DNA of 64,000 bases from Bacteroidia bacterium (GCA_965279035.1 OZ257142.1:3136001-3200000), one strand, 5' to 3'; counted from the first letter of the stretch, positions 46,480 to 57,725 are shown. The notes: generated by a model not told the origin, from the sequence alone. A program made the numbers and translations.

Positions 46480-49332
46480 ATGGATATAATCGATTCCGTA
46501 GGCGATGCTTCTATTGAAGTGTATGGTGCCCGCGAACATAATCTCAAAAACATAGACGTGAGTATTCCTCGCAACAAGCTGGTTGTTATAACCGGATTGA
46601 GTGGAAGTGGAAAATCATCTTTGGCTTTTGATACTATTTATGCTGAAGGACAACGACGTTACATCGAAAGCTTCTCAGCCTATGCAAGACAGTTCCTTGG
46701 TAATATGGAACGTCCCGAGGTTGATAAAATAACAGGATTAAGTCCTGTCATTTCCATAGAACAAAAAACGACAGGTAAAAATCCAAGATCAACTGTAGGA
46801 ACTATAACCGAGATCTACGATTTTTTACGATTGCTTTTCGCCCGTGCTGGTGAAGCGTATTCGTATGTAACGGGCGAAAAAATGATCCGTTATTCTGAAC
46901 AACAAATTCAAGCTCTCATTCTTCAGGATTATGCCGACAAAAAAATAAGTCTACTTTCTCCGGTTGTAAAAGGTCGTAAAGGACATTATCGTGAGCTCTT
47001 TGAGCAAATCCGAAAAATGGGCTATCTCAAAGTTCGGGTGGATGGAAAAGTTCTGGACATCACCTTTGGGATGAAACTCGACCGCTACAAAGTGCATGAT
47101 ATTGAGATTGTAGTTGATCGCATTGAGGTGAAAGATGATGTTGCTCAGCGTATTTCTGAATCACTCAAACTTGCCATGAAACATGGGAAAGGAAGTATGA
47201 TGGTTTTGGATGCAGATACGGATGAAGTGCGCCATTTCAGTCGTTTTCTCATGTGCCCAACATCGGGTATTTCATACGACGAGCCAGCACCTAACCTCTT
47301 CTCTTTCAATTCTCCTTATGGTGCATGTCCACGCTGTCATGGTTTAGGGAAAGTGACAGAAGTAGATTTAAATAAAATTATCCCCGATCCTAAAAAGAGC
47401 TTGCGAAATGGTGGTATTGTTCCATTGGGAGAATACAAAAACAATTGGATTTTTGCCCAAATCGAAGCCATTGCCGATAAGTATGGATTCAATTTAAAAG
47501 ATCCGATTGAAGACATTGATGAATCTGCTATTAATGCTATTCTGTATGGTACAGAAGAAATTCTGAAAATCAAGAATCCAAATTACAATGCGGGTGGTTA
47601 TGCCATGCAGTTTAACGGAATTGTCAATTTCATCACCGATCAACACGAAGAAAGTTCCTCTGAGAACACGAAAAGTTGGGCACTCGAATACATGAACGAT
47701 GTGGAATGCCCAGAATGCCATGGAGATCGTGTGAAGAAAGAAGCACTTTGGTTTAAAATCGATGGGAGAAATATTGGTGAACTAGCACGACTCGATATTG
47801 CCCATTTAGAATCTTGGTTTTCTGGAATTGAGCAACGTATGGAAGATCGCCAGCTTGCTATTGCTCAAGAAGTGGTGAAGGAAATCAGAACACGAATTGG
47901 ATTCTTGATGGATGTTGGATTAGAATATTTGACATTGAATCGAAGTGCGGGAAGCCTTTCTGGTGGAGAATCGCAGCGAATTCGTTTAGCTACTCAAATT
48001 GGTTCTAAGCTCGTTGGTGTACTTTATATTTTGGATGAACCTAGTATTGGATTGCATCAACGCGATAATGTTCGATTAATTAAAGCACTTCAAGAATTAA
48101 GAGATTCTGGTAATTCTGTTTTAGTTGTAGAACACGATAAAGACATGATCATGGCTGCCGATCATGTGATTGATATTGGTCCGGGAGCCGGAGTTCATGG
48201 TGGAAAAGTAGTTGCCCAAGGAACAGGACTTTCATTGATGAGTGGTGATTCATTGACAGCAAAATACCTTCGTCACGAAATTGAAATTGCCGTTCCAACT
48301 GAACGTAGAAAAGGGAATGGGAAAAAGTTGAAACTCTCTCACGCCAGTGGAAATAATTTGAAGGATGTTACAGTTGAATTTCCTTTAGGGATGCTCATTT
48401 GTGTTTCGGGTGTTTCAGGAAGTGGGAAGTCGACTTTAATCAATGAAACCCTCTACCCTATTCTTAGTCAGCACTTTTTCCGTTCGAATAAAAAACCACT
48501 TGCTTACAAGAAAATCGAAGGTTTACAGCATATCGATAAAGTAATCGACATTGATCAAAGCCCCATTGGACGAACGCCTCGTTCCAATCCAGCAACGTAT
48601 ACGAATGTATTTTCTGATATCCGAAATCTGTTTGCATCACTTCCTGAAGCGAGTATCCGAGGATATAAAGCAGGGCGTTTTTCGTTCAATGTTAAAGGTG
48701 GAAGATGCGAGACCTGTAGTGGTGGTGGAATGCAAGTAATTGAAATGAATTTCCTGCCGGATGTATATGTTCAATGTCCATCCTGCCAAGGAAAACGTTA
48801 CAACCGTGAAACGCTGGAAGTACGATACAAAGGAAAATCGATCAGCGATGTACTCAATATGACCATTGATATGGCTGTTGAATTTTTCGGAAATATCCCT
48901 TCTATACTGCATAAGATAAAAACATTGCAAGATGTTGGTTTAGGATATATTTCACTTGGTCAATCTTCTACAACACTGAGTGGTGGCGAGGCTCAACGAG
49001 TAAAATTAGCAACAGAGCTTTCTAAAAAAGATACAGGTAGCACCTTTTACATTTTAGATGAACCAACTACAGGTTTGCATTTCGAGGATATACGTATATT
49101 GCTCGACGTGCTTCAAAAACTGGTTGATAGAGGAAATACTGTTTTGATTATTGAACATAATCTTGATATTATCAAAGTAGCAGATTATCTTATCGATATT
49201 GGCCCTGAAGGTGGAGCTCGGGGTGGAACTGTTATCGCAGCCGGAACACCTGAATTTGTATCTCAACATCCAACAAGCTACACAGCCGAATTTTTAAAAA
49301 AAGAACTTAACGCAATCACTTATGGACATTAA
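46480..49332 (+). CDS. uvrA: Excinuclease ABC subunit A
   Basis: GAREHNLKN, two Walker A ([16 protein letters not shown]), two LSGGE signatures, Zn fingers; start ATG 46480. Confidence 0.98.
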   Translation: MDIIDSVGDASIEVYGAREHNLKNIDVSIPRNKLVVITGLSGSGKSSLAFDTIYAEGQRRYIESFSAYARQFLGNMERPEVDKITGLSPVISIEQKTTGKNPRSTVGTITEIYDFLRLLFARAGEAYSYVTGEKMIRYSEQQIQALILQDYADKKISLLSPVVKGRKGHYRELFEQIRKMGYLKVRVDGKVLDITFGMKLDRYKVHDIEIVVDRIEVKDDVAQRISESLKLAMKHGKGSMMVLDADTDEVRHFSRFLMCPTSGISYDEPAPNLFSFNSPYGACPRCHGLGKVTEVDLNKIIPDPKKSLRNGGIVPLGEYKNNWIFAQIEAIADKYGFNLKDPIEDIDESAINAILYGTEEILKIKNPNYNAGGYAMQFNGIVNFITDQHEESSSENTKSWALEYMNDVECPECHGDRVKKEALWFKIDGRNIGELARLDIAHLESWFSGIEQRMEDRQLAIAQEVVKEIRTRIGFLMDVGLEYLTLNRSAGSLSGGESQRIRLATQIGSKLVGVLYILDEPSIGLHQRDNVRLIKALQELRDSGNSVLVVEHDKDMIMAADHVIDIGPGAGVHGGKVVAQGTGLSLMSGDSLTAKYLRHEIEIAVPTERRKGNGKKLKLSHASGNNLKDVTVEFPLGMLICVSGVSGSGKSTLINETLYPILSQHFFRSNKKPLAYKKIEGLQHIDKVIDIDQSPIGRTPRSNPATYTNVFSDIRNLFASLPEASIRGYKAGRFSFNVKGGRCETCSGGGMQVIEMNFLPDVYVQCPSCQGKRYNRETLEVRYKGKSISDVLNMTIDMAVEFFGNIPSILHKIKTLQDVGLGYISLGQSSTTLSGGEAQRVKLATELSKKDTGSTFYILDEPTTGLHFEDIRILLDVLQKLVDRGNTVLIIEHNLDIIKVADYLIDIGPEGGARGGTVIAAGTPEFVSQHPTSYTAEFLKKELNAITYGH

Positions 49333-50047
49333 CAAAAAAAGTGGTCACGAAGATAAAATCATCGAGGCATTTAAAGAGAAAGACAATTTTGAAATTAAGA
49401 CAACCAACTCTTGGCAGATCTTTAAGATTATGGCTGAGTTTGTTGAAGGATTTGAAAAGCTTGGAAAAATTGGACCATGCGTTTCGATTTTTGGATCGGC
49501 ACGTTCTAAACCAGAAGATCCATATTACATCATGGCCGAAGATATTGCCTATCGTTTAACCATGGAGGGTTATGGGATTATTACTGGAGGCGGACCAGGT
49601 ATTATGGAAGCTGGAAATAAAGGAGCACATCGTGGAGGTGGAAAATCAGTAGGATTAAACATCGTACTTCCTCATGAACAAGAAGGAAATCGCTTTATTG
49701 ATCGCGATAAGATTATCAATTTCGATTACTTCTTCGTACGTAAAGTGATGTTTATGAAATACGCACAGGGTTTTGTTATTATGCCTGGCGGATTTGGAAC
49801 ATTAGATGAATTTTTTGAAGCCATCACCTTAATTCAAACGAATAAAATTGCCCGTTTCCCATTGGTACTTGTTGGAAAGAAATTCTGGGGTGGTTTAGTT
49901 GAATGGGTGAAAGAACAACAAATGCGAGAAAACCCATTCATTGCAGAAGAAGATTTGAACTTATTCAGTTTGGTTGATACGCCCGAAGAAGCTGTACAAG
50001 CGATCAATGATTTCTATAATAAATATATGTTCCGTCCGAATTTCTAA
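49322..50047 (+). CDS. LOG-family (TIGR00730) nucleotide phosphoribohydrolase-like protein
   Basis: TGGGPGIMEA, FFVRKVMF, PGGFGTLDE. Confidence 0.93.
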   Translation: MDINKKSGHEDKIIEAFKEKDNFEIKTTNSWQIFKIMAEFVEGFEKLGKIGPCVSIFGSARSKPEDPYYIMAEDIAYRLTMEGYGIITGGGPGIMEAGNKGAHRGGGKSVGLNIVLPHEQEGNRFIDRDKIINFDYFFVRKVMFMKYAQGFVIMPGGFGTLDEFFEAITLIQTNKIARFPLVLVGKKFWGGLVEWVKEQQMRENPFIAEEDLNLFSLVDTPEEAVQAINDFYNKYMFRPNF

Positions 50048-50319
50048 ATGAACTATCAAACACATTCGTTTGAAATAATTGAAACCCATTAAAATTCAAT
50101 TAAGACATCGAACAAATATGATAATTGAGCGTATATCGAACCTGCTTTGAAGACAATTTCTTCAAATCAATCAGATAAAAAGTATGAATCATCTTGATGA
50201 ATTTGATTTTAAAAACAAATTAAAATTGGATTCAATTGATGAAAAAAATTGCAAACACACCTGAATGCAGATTGAACTGAAATAAAAAAATATACATTTA
50301 CCGCAATAAAATAGCCTCT

Positions 50320-50676
50320 ATGAGTTCAGATAGCAGCCTTTACGACTTAACTATGATTCGAGAAATAGCTCATGGTAATAACGATTTCGTAAAGAAGATG
50401 ATGTCTTTATTTATTGAAACGATGCCTCCAGCAATTCAAGAATTAAAACAGCATTTATCGGATAGGAATTGGGCGAGTTTAGGTGCAGTTGCTCATAAAA
50501 TCAAGCCATCTATTGATACAATGGGAATTGAAAGTCTAAAAGAAGACATCCGATCACTAGAGCGTTATGGCAAAGAGATGAGTAATTTGGATGAAATACC
50601 AAGCTTAATGCAAAAGGTAGAAGATATATTGCAACGTGTAATTGATGATTTACAATCAGAACTTGCAGCTGGTTAA
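50320..50676 (+). CDS. Stand-alone Hpt (histidine phosphotransfer) domain protein
   Basis: YDL..I, FVKKMMSLFI, AHKIKPS phospho-acceptor His motif. Confidence 0.88.
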   Translation: MSSDSSLYDLTMIREIAHGNNDFVKKMMSLFIETMPPAIQELKQHLSDRNWASLGAVAHKIKPSIDTMGIESLKEDIRSLERYGKEMSNLDEIPSLMQKVEDILQRVIDDLQSELAAG

Positions 50677-50693
50677 GACCAAATAGATTAAAT

Positions 50694-50721
50694 AAAAAAT
50701 CCCGCCTAAGCGGGATTTTTT
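50694..50721. terminator. Bidirectional intrinsic terminator
   Basis: AAAAAATCCCGC-ctaa-GCGGGATTTTTT. Confidence 0.88.
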
Positions 50722-51514
50722 ATTTAACAGATATAAGTTCAACATTAAAAATCAAACGAGACTTAGGTGGAATAAGCGGAGGTCTTCCACTTTCTCCATA
50801 CGCTAGGTTATAAGGAATCGATAACAATGCTTTTCCTCCTTCGTTTAAGTATCCAATCCCTTCGTCCCATCCTGGAATAACCATTCCAGCACCAATGCGA
50901 AAAGTAATCGGTTGTCCTCTCAATACGGAAGAATCGAAAATATCACCGTTTTCTAGAAAACCAGTATAATGCACTTCGACTGTTTTACCTCTTTCGGCCT
51001 TTGCTCCTTTTCCTTGTTCAACAATATTGTATTCTAAACCAGAAGCCGTAATAACTTTTTGTTTTGCTTTGACAATAAACGGCTTAGGAGCAAAATCTTT
51101 AAAAACATCTAAAACTTCAACATCAAAAATCAAATAAGATCCGGCAGGTATTTTAGGCATTGGCGTATCGCCGTATCCAAGATCTGGAGGAATGGTTAAG
51201 ATTGCCTTATCACCAACTTTTAAAAGTTGAAAAGCTTCATCCCAGCCCGCAATCGCTTGTTTCATTCCTATCACAAATTCGAAAGGCTGATTACGCTCTC
51301 TTGAACTGTCGAATTTACGGCCATCCACAAGAGTTCCGGAATAATGGACTTTCACTTTGTCCCCTTTTGCTACCGTTCTTCCTTTGCCAGCATGGGTGAG
51401 TTTTATCTTTAAACCACTGGCTGTGGTAACCTCTTCATCCACTTTCAGTTTCAGTGATTGGGAGTTGAGCGAGCTCCATGAAAGAAAAAGAAACGAAAAA
51501 AGAAGTACTCTCAT
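50720..51514 (-). CDS. FKBP-type PPIase with two FKBP domains
   Basis: VHYSG..FDSS..GWDE and VHYTG..FDSS..GWDEG. Confidence 0.95.
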   Translation of the reverse strand: MRVLLFSFLFLSWSSLNSQSLKLKVDEEVTTASGLKIKLTHAGKGRTVAKGDKVKVHYSGTLVDGRKFDSSRERNQPFEFVIGMKQAIAGWDEAFQLLKVGDKAILTIPPDLGYGDTPMPKIPAGSYLIFDVEVLDVFKDFAPKPFIVKAKQKVITASGLEYNIVEQGKGAKAERGKTVEVHYTGFLENGDIFDSSVLRGQPITFRIGAGMVIPGWDEGIGYLNEGGKALLSIPYNLAYGESGRPPLIPPKSRLIFNVELISVK

Positions 51515-51516
51515 AA

Positions 51517-52449
51517 TTATTCAGCTTTAATCAACTCAACCTCAAAAATAAGAGAAGAATTTGAAGGAATAGACCCCATATTTCTAGGACCATAACCTAA
51601 CCATGAAGGTATCATTAGCGTTGCTTTAGAACCTATCTCAAGTGCGGCAATTCCTTCATCCCAGCCTTTAATTACAGAACCATTTCCTAATGGAAAAGAA
51701 ATTGGCTCCTTACGTTCAATACTCGAATCGAACACAGTTCCATCCAATAATTTCCCTGTATAATGTACTGTAACAGTTTGACCTACAATAGGCTTCACAC
51801 CATTACCTGGAGTACGACGAATAATAATCAAACCACTTGGCTCGGGTGCTATATTATCTCCATTCGCTTGCATTTTAGCAATCAACAAGCCCATTTCTTT
51901 TTCACGTTGTGTTTGCATATTCACTTGAGATATAGAATCTAAAACAGCTTGTTTTTTCTTCATTTCATCCAAAGTACTTATTTCTGCTAAGCCAATCTCA
52001 AAGCGAATTTTTTGACCCGGAGTGCAAAATGGAGGAAGTGTTTCTAAATGAACTGTTTTTAAGAAAAAAGAATCTGCGGGAACTAAAAAAGTGGTGGAAT
52101 CTCCCAAATGCATCATGGAGATACCTTCAATCAAATCCCCTTTATATTCTGGCTTTCCAACTTGAATCGAAATAAATCCAGCAGGATTAACTTTTGAATC
52201 AAATAATAAAGAATCTACATTACCAATTTGCATGTAATAACGCGCTCTAATCGACACGATATCATCTTTTACTGGCACTTTAGCATCTTTATTTTTTCGA
52301 ATGTTTTTGTATAATAAACCGTTTGGACTTACCGAAAATCCTTTGGGAATCTCGTTTTTAGAATTTGTTTGAGCAGTTAAATCGATTGTTTTTAAACTCA
52401 AACAAATTGCTGCTATTCCTACAAGAAAATGGAGTCTTTTATTCTTCAT
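51517..52449 (-). CDS. FKBP-type PPIase (degenerate N-terminal + canonical C-terminal FKBP)
   Basis: VHYTGKLLDGTVFDSS, VIKGWDEG; signal peptide. Confidence 0.93.
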   Translation of the reverse strand: MKNKRLHFLVGIAAICLSLKTIDLTAQTNSKNEIPKGFSVSPNGLLYKNIRKNKDAKVPVKDDIVSIRARYYMQIGNVDSLLFDSKVNPAGFISIQVGKPEYKGDLIEGISMMHLGDSTTFLVPADSFFLKTVHLETLPPFCTPGQKIRFEIGLAEISTLDEMKKKQAVLDSISQVNMQTQREKEMGLLIAKMQANGDNIAPEPSGLIIIRRTPGNGVKPIVGQTVTVHYTGKLLDGTVFDSSIERKEPISFPLGNGSVIKGWDEGIAALEIGSKATLMIPSWLGYGPRNMGSIPSNSSLIFEVELIKAE

Positions 52450-52450
52450 C

Positions 52451-53392
52451 TTATTCAGCTTTCATCAATTGAACTTCAAAAACTAATGGCGAAAATGGGG
52501 GAATGGGGCCTTGTCCATTTGATCCATATCCTAAAACTGACGGAATAACAAATGTTGCGGATGATCCAACATTCATCATGGCAACTCCTTCATCCCATCC
52601 AGCAATTACTTCTGATGCACCTAATTTAAAAGTAAATGGTTGTCCGTGATCAAAACTTGAATCGAATTTTTTTCCATTCAATAAATAACCAGTGTATTGC
52701 ATCGTTACTTTTTGACCTTTTTTCACTTTAGGACCATTTCCTTTGGCTGTTTCAAAAAAGTACATGCCACTAGCAGTTGGAGTTCCTTTTAAATTCTTTC
52801 TTTTTAAATAGTCTTCAATTGCAGCAGGCTCTTCAGCTTGCATTTTATCCATCATTCCTTTTTGCTCGGAATTCATTTGAGATCGTAAAGCTTCTAATTT
52901 TTTCAAAGTAGCTTCTTCCGATTGAATATCAACTAAGCCAATGTGAAAAACGAGTTCATCACCTGCTTTTAAACCAGGAGGAAGTTTATCTAGTTTATTA
53001 GAAACTAAAAAGAATGAATCGGCCGAAACGATAAAGGAAGCACTATCTCCAATATGCATCATGGTTAATCCTTCCATGATATCACCTTGAAACAATGGCT
53101 TAGAAAGTTGAATAAATTTAATTCCTTCAGGAAAATCTGGGAATTTAAAAGAATCAAATAAGAGCGAATCTTTATCCTCATCAGTTTTACCTTTAATACT
53201 CAAAGACATGTGAGTATATAAAATATCTTTCATTTGGGGTGATTTCCCTTTTTCATCTTGACGATGAAATTGATAAAACAAACCTCCGTCTGTTTCTTCG
53301 TATCCCTTATGTCGGGATGAATCACATGAACTAAGCAATAGTATTGCTAGTGTTGCTAATCCGGTCGAAATCCGGATGAATGGTGTAATCAT
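52451..53392 (-). CDS. FKBP-type PPIase lipoprotein (degenerate N-terminal + canonical C-terminal FKBP)
   Basis: Lipobox LSSC; YTGYLLNGKKFDSS, VIAGWDEG. Confidence 0.93.
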   Translation of the reverse strand: MITPFIRISTGLATLAILLLSSCDSSRHKGYEETDGGLFYQFHRQDEKGKSPQMKDILYTHMSLSIKGKTDEDKDSLLFDSFKFPDFPEGIKFIQLSKPLFQGDIMEGLTMMHIGDSASFIVSADSFFLVSNKLDKLPPGLKAGDELVFHIGLVDIQSEEATLKKLEALRSQMNSEQKGMMDKMQAEEPAAIEDYLKRKNLKGTPTASGMYFFETAKGNGPKVKKGQKVTMQYTGYLLNGKKFDSSFDHGQPFTFKLGASEVIAGWDEGVAMMNVGSSATFVIPSVLGYGSNGQGPIPPFSPLVFEVQLMKAE

Positions 53393-53920
53393 TTAGTAAA
53401 TTTGAATCAGTTCAATGTCATAAACAATGGGCGATCTGGCTGGAATCCGGCTCTTGTCCCCTATTAATCCATGAGCAAGGTGCGAAGGTAAAATAAATTT
53501 GGCTCTATCACCTTCCTGTAAGAGTTTGATGCCTTCATGCAATCCACTTTCAACTTGATCATGATCGATTAAAAACGACTCGGCTCCTGTTGAATCAGAA
53601 GAATAACAGAGAGTTCCATCGAGTAATGTTACTGTGAATTTTACTTTGGCATTCAATCCAGCTTTCGCTTTTTTTCCTTTTCCATGGGTATATATTTCAT
53701 AGCGAAGGCCAGTTCCAGTTCTAGTTACCTTCATGTTATGCTTCACTATATACGCATCAATTTCATCAGATTCTCTTCGATTCAATTCCTTATTCACCCG
53801 GATTAAGGACTCTTGTATCTCTTTTTCAGAGGGTTGATGAGGAGCAGGTTTAGGCGATTGTCCACACGAAATCAAAACAGGTAATAATACCAAAGAGAGA
53901 AAGCCCAAAATTGATTTCAT
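53393..53920 (-). CDS. GldI-like FKBP-type PPIase lipoprotein
   Basis: Lipobox LISC; GLHEGIKLL, AHGLIGD..RIP; sits after a DHH gene as gldI does in Flavobacteriia. Confidence 0.85.
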   Translation of the reverse strand: MKSILGFLSLVLLPVLISCGQSPKPAPHQPSEKEIQESLIRVNKELNRRESDEIDAYIVKHNMKVTRTGTGLRYEIYTHGKGKKAKAGLNAKVKFTVTLLDGTLCYSSDSTGAESFLIDHDQVESGLHEGIKLLQEGDRAKFILPSHLAHGLIGDKSRIPARSPIVYDIELIQIY

Positions 53921-54936
53921 GCATTTAATAGTTGTTTATATTCTGGAAGAATCTTTAAAAATTTAGTAACAGTTTCATCCATTGATTCTTCAGATGAGCC
54001 ACCAGCAGCATTAATATGACCGCCTCCATTAAAATATTTCTTGGATAATTGGTTGGCAGGAAAATCTCCAATAGATCGAAAGGAAATTCGCACACGCCCC
54101 TTTCTTTCGCTAAATAAAACACCCAGTTTTGTTCCTCGAATGCTCAAAGCAAAGTTTACAAGTCCTTCCAAATCCCCTTCTTGATAGGAATGTCGTGTTA
54201 ATTCATCTTCGGTTAAATAAATATAACAGGTATTAAGTCCATCGACATACTTCATTTTATTACTCATTGCATACCCCCATAATTGCAACTTTGACAATGA
54301 ATTTTGGTTGAAAATGGATTCATGAATCTTCCATTGTTCAAGTCCGGTTTCAAGCAATCGGGAAGTAAGAAGATGTGTACGTGGCTTTGTTGCAGAAAAT
54401 CGAAACGAACCTGTATCCGTCATGATTCCAGTATATAAGCAACCAGCAATTTCTTTATCTATAAACGAATCGCCTCCATCAGCTTGAATATACTCTAATA
54501 CAAGCTCACATGTGGATGAGGCTTGAGTATTTGAACACATGAATTCTACAAAATCATCAGGTTCTTGATGATGGTCTATCATCACCTTAACAGCTTTTGT
54601 ATTTCGAAGAGTTTCCTCCATATCACCTACTCGTGATGGATGATTAAAATCGAGGCAAAATATCAAACCCGAATCATTCAGAATTTTTGCTGTTTGTTCT
54701 GGATTTGCTTCAAATTCAATGGTCTCGGAAGCACGTGGTAGCCAATCCAAAAAATCAGGAAATGGATCAGGGATGATTACCTGAATATGACGTTGATATC
54801 GTTTTTCAAGGTATAATTTCAACCCAATGGAAGACCCAAGTGCATCACCGTCGGGGTTTCGATGAACTACGATAGAAATTTGAGAATCGTGAAGAAGGTG
54901 TTGCCGAATAGAATTCAGCTGATCAGGACTAAACAT
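53917..54936 (-). CDS. nrnA: DHH/DHHA1 phosphoesterase (NrnA oligoribonuclease / pAp phosphatase)
   Basis: H.NPDGDA.GS, IDHH, DTGSF, SFRS, GGGHINAAG. Confidence 0.93.
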   Translation of the reverse strand: MFSPDQLNSIRQHLLHDSQISIVVHRNPDGDALGSSIGLKLYLEKRYQRHIQVIIPDPFPDFLDWLPRASETIEFEANPEQTAKILNDSGLIFCLDFNHPSRVGDMEETLRNTKAVKVMIDHHQEPDDFVEFMCSNTQASSTCELVLEYIQADGGDSFIDKEIAGCLYTGIMTDTGSFRFSATKPRTHLLTSRLLETGLEQWKIHESIFNQNSLSKLQLWGYAMSNKMKYVDGLNTCYIYLTEDELTRHSYQEGDLEGLVNFALSIRGTKLGVLFSERKGRVRISFRSIGDFPANQLSKKYFNGGGHINAAGGSSEESMDETVTKFLKILPEYKQLLNA

Positions 54937-55036
54937 TTCAACAAACCTAGGGATTTTCCTTCGAATGTTGTGATGAGCATATAGATGCTTACTCAGATTT
55001 TAGTACTTTTACAAAAAGATTCACAAAACCATCTGT

Positions 55037-55558
55037 ATGATTCTTTCCTCGAAACTTTCTGGAATAACATTATTTTCTCTGTCGTTCCTCGTGTTTTCCG
55101 GATTTTTAAGCCTAGCTTCTTGTAAAAAAGATAAATCCAAGACAGATGAAGTACCAGCTAAAGTAATTGGTTCTGTCTTAATTAATGGCTCCTATACTAC
55201 CTTTTCAAGATACTCATATTATATAACTGGTGTTACTGAACTTCAGAATTACCTAGTACTTTTTAGAACAGATAATTCTGAAATTACCTTACGATTTCCT
55301 GGTACAGAAGAAAAAATTCACGAATTAGGAAATGGAGATAGTACGATCTCTATTCAATATAAAGATGCTGGATCTCGCTTATTTAATGCAGATTCTGGTA
55401 GAATTGAAATTTCAAGTTACAAAATTACTCAAGGTATTTTCCAAATTTCAGGAGGCTTTGAGTTTCATGCAAAACGCTTAGAACAATCTGGAGGAATCTC
55501 CAATTATGTTCATGTGAGAGGATATGAAGGTGGTTTTGTAGATATCTTATCCCAATAA
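55037..55558 (+). CDS. Hypothetical lipoprotein
   Basis: Lipobox LASC followed by KKDK. Confidence 0.75.
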   Translation: MILSSKLSGITLFSLSFLVFSGFLSLASCKKDKSKTDEVPAKVIGSVLINGSYTTFSRYSYYITGVTELQNYLVLFRTDNSEITLRFPGTEEKIHELGNGDSTISIQYKDAGSRLFNADSGRIEISSYKITQGIFQISGGFEFHAKRLEQSGGISNYVHVRGYEGGFVDILSQ

Positions 55559-55567
55559 TTCAATTGA

Positions 55568-56914
55568 ATGACGCACATAGTTGTTTTCGGAGCAGGCCGC
55601 TCTGCTGGATTTTTCATTGAATATATCTTCAATCTATCTAAACAACATGGATGGAAACTCACAGTTACCGATCAACATATTGGACATTTAAATGTATTAT
55701 TTTCTCAATACGAAAATGCCCACGCTGTTGAATCAAATGTGAATGATCCACAAGCAAGAGAAGAATTAATTAGCAGTGCTCAATGGGTTGCTTCTTTGCT
55801 TCCTGCTTTTATGCATTCTATAATTGCTCGTGATTGTGTTCGACTCAATGTGAATCTGGTTACCGCTTCATACGAAAGTGATGAAATGCGTGAATTGAAA
55901 TCGTTAATAGAAGAAAAAGGTTTGCAATTTCTTAATGAGTGCGGTCTTGATCCAGGAATTGATCACATGTCGGCCATGAGAATCATTCATAAACTACAAG
56001 ATTCTGGAGCAAAAATCACTTCGTTTCGATCTTTTTGTGGTGGACTTGTCGCTCATGAATCTATCGATAATCCTTGGGGGTATAAATTCAGTTGGAATCC
56101 TAGAAATGTCATATTGGCCGGACAAGGAATTGCACGATTTCTTGAACATGGACGTTTAAAATTCAAACCCTATTCTCGATTATTCAACGAACCCGAATCC
56201 ATTGAATTTTCAAGTGGTGAAATCTATGATGGATATCCTAATAGAGATTCTATTTCCTATCAAGATGTATATGGATTAAAGGATATAAAAACGATGGTGC
56301 GTGGCACCTTGAGACATAAAGGTTATTGTAAAGCCTGGAACATCTTTGTTCAAATGGGACTTACAGACGATTCATATGTCCTTCCTATTTCCAATTCATT
56401 TACCTACTATGATTTATGTGATGCTTACTTACCCGGAAACGGATCGAATCTAAAATCTCGAATTCAATTATTAATGGGTGAAGAGTATGATCAAGAAGCT
56501 ATTGAGTGTGTAATGTGGACAGGAATTACTGAACAAATAGAGATTCCACTTTCCAGTACTCACAGTCCCGCTTCTATTTTACAAGATCTACTTGAGCGGA
56601 AATGGTTATTAAAAGAAAATGATCGTGATTTAGTGGTAATGCAACATCTTTTTGAATATGAAATCGAAGGTGAAAAATTTCTCATACGAAGTTCACTTCA
56701 AATTGAAGGAGAAAGCAATCAACGTACTGCAATGGCTAAAACAGTAGGTCTACCTTTAGCTATTGCATTAAAGAATTTAATACAAGGCAAGTGCACAAAA
56801 AAAGGCTTGTTAATTCCTATTTTACCAGAAATTTACGAGCCTATTTTAAATGAGCTTCGAACAGAATTTGGAATTCTTTTCGAAGAAGAAGAGCTTATAA
56901 TTCAGAAACGATAA
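55568..56914 (+). CDS. Saccharopine dehydrogenase family protein
   Basis: GAGRS, ECGLDPGIDHM, SFCGGL, YKFSWNP, YPNRDS, RGTLR, MAKTVG. Confidence 0.95.
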   Translation: MTHIVVFGAGRSAGFFIEYIFNLSKQHGWKLTVTDQHIGHLNVLFSQYENAHAVESNVNDPQAREELISSAQWVASLLPAFMHSIIARDCVRLNVNLVTASYESDEMRELKSLIEEKGLQFLNECGLDPGIDHMSAMRIIHKLQDSGAKITSFRSFCGGLVAHESIDNPWGYKFSWNPRNVILAGQGIARFLEHGRLKFKPYSRLFNEPESIEFSSGEIYDGYPNRDSISYQDVYGLKDIKTMVRGTLRHKGYCKAWNIFVQMGLTDDSYVLPISNSFTYYDLCDAYLPGNGSNLKSRIQLLMGEEYDQEAIECVMWTGITEQIEIPLSSTHSPASILQDLLERKWLLKENDRDLVVMQHLFEYEIEGEKFLIRSSLQIEGESNQRTAMAKTVGLPLAIALKNLIQGKCTKKGLLIPILPEIYEPILNELRTEFGILFEEEELIIQKR

Positions 56915-57678
56915 GCAAAAGAAAAATTATAGGAAGCTGCCGCACGTGTTAAATTTCCATTGCCAGGAGCTGCAGTAAAATATTTCTTCGATCCAAGTCC
57001 AAATGAAGAACAAATCGAAAAATCCTTTATTGGATTCCAAATAAAACCTCCCTGAATTAAGAAAGAAAAGTATCCAGTATTTTGAATGGAAGTACTATTG
57101 TAATAATTATTATTATAAGAATTATCACGAACACGTGCATATCCACTTCGAAAAGATGGGCCCAAGAATAGCCGTGCTTGCCCTTGTCCTGTTGGATAAA
57201 AGTTTAGATCAAAACCTGAATAAAATATATTATACCAATTCCTTAGTTCATTGAAATTATTGCTATTATCTCCATATAAACTCAAACTCACAGGAATTCT
57301 TATCCCTAATTTACCTTGATCTCCAACAATTCTCTCATAAGAAAATGTAACGTTTTGGAATAATATATCTGGAAGATTCAAACCCAAAATATTTCTACCT
57401 AGATTTCTCGGATCATACGAAGTACTATTTTGTCCTTTTTCTTTTGGTGCATTTATGATATCAACAGCTCCACTTTCATAGGTAATTTTTTCAATCTCAT
57501 TTAGGTCGATATGATAATTAGGACCATTTTGATTACTGAACTTCTTATATAGAACATCATGTTTCGTTACTTCTTGAATTTTTGCTTCTATTGTACCACC
57601 ATCAATTAAGGTAATTACATCCTGAGCAGAAGTGATAGATGCATAACTAAGAACTATAAGTAGGAGGAAATTCTTCAT
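56902..57678 (-). CDS. Hypothetical outer-membrane beta-barrel protein
   Basis: Signal peptide; QD.I....G..I.AKI.EV N-terminal domain; amphipathic strands ending in AYRF. Confidence 0.72.
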   Translation of the reverse strand: MKNFLLLIVLSYASITSAQDVITLIDGGTIEAKIQEVTKHDVLYKKFSNQNGPNYHIDLNEIEKITYESGAVDIINAPKEKGQNSTSYDPRNLGRNILGLNLPDILFQNVTFSYERIVGDQGKLGIRIPVSLSLYGDNSNNFNELRNWYNIFYSGFDLNFYPTGQGQARLFLGPSFRSGYARVRDNSYNNNYYNSTSIQNTGYFSFLIQGGFIWNPIKDFSICSSFGLGSKKYFTAAPGNGNLTRAAASYNFSFAYRF

Positions 57679-57725
57679 GTGAAATTGTTTGATATTTTAA
57701 CGAAGATGATAAGTATTTATTATAA

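Noticed and set aside
46387-46539. Apparent head-to-head overlap of uvrA and protease ORFs
   Set aside because: Disappears when starts are set at ATG 46480 and ATG 46392, each behind its own -7-like element
56902-56914. Short convergent 3' overlaps (also 43940-43943 and abutting stops at 29601-29606)
   Set aside because: Ordinary in compact AT-rich genomes; no sign of an antisense system
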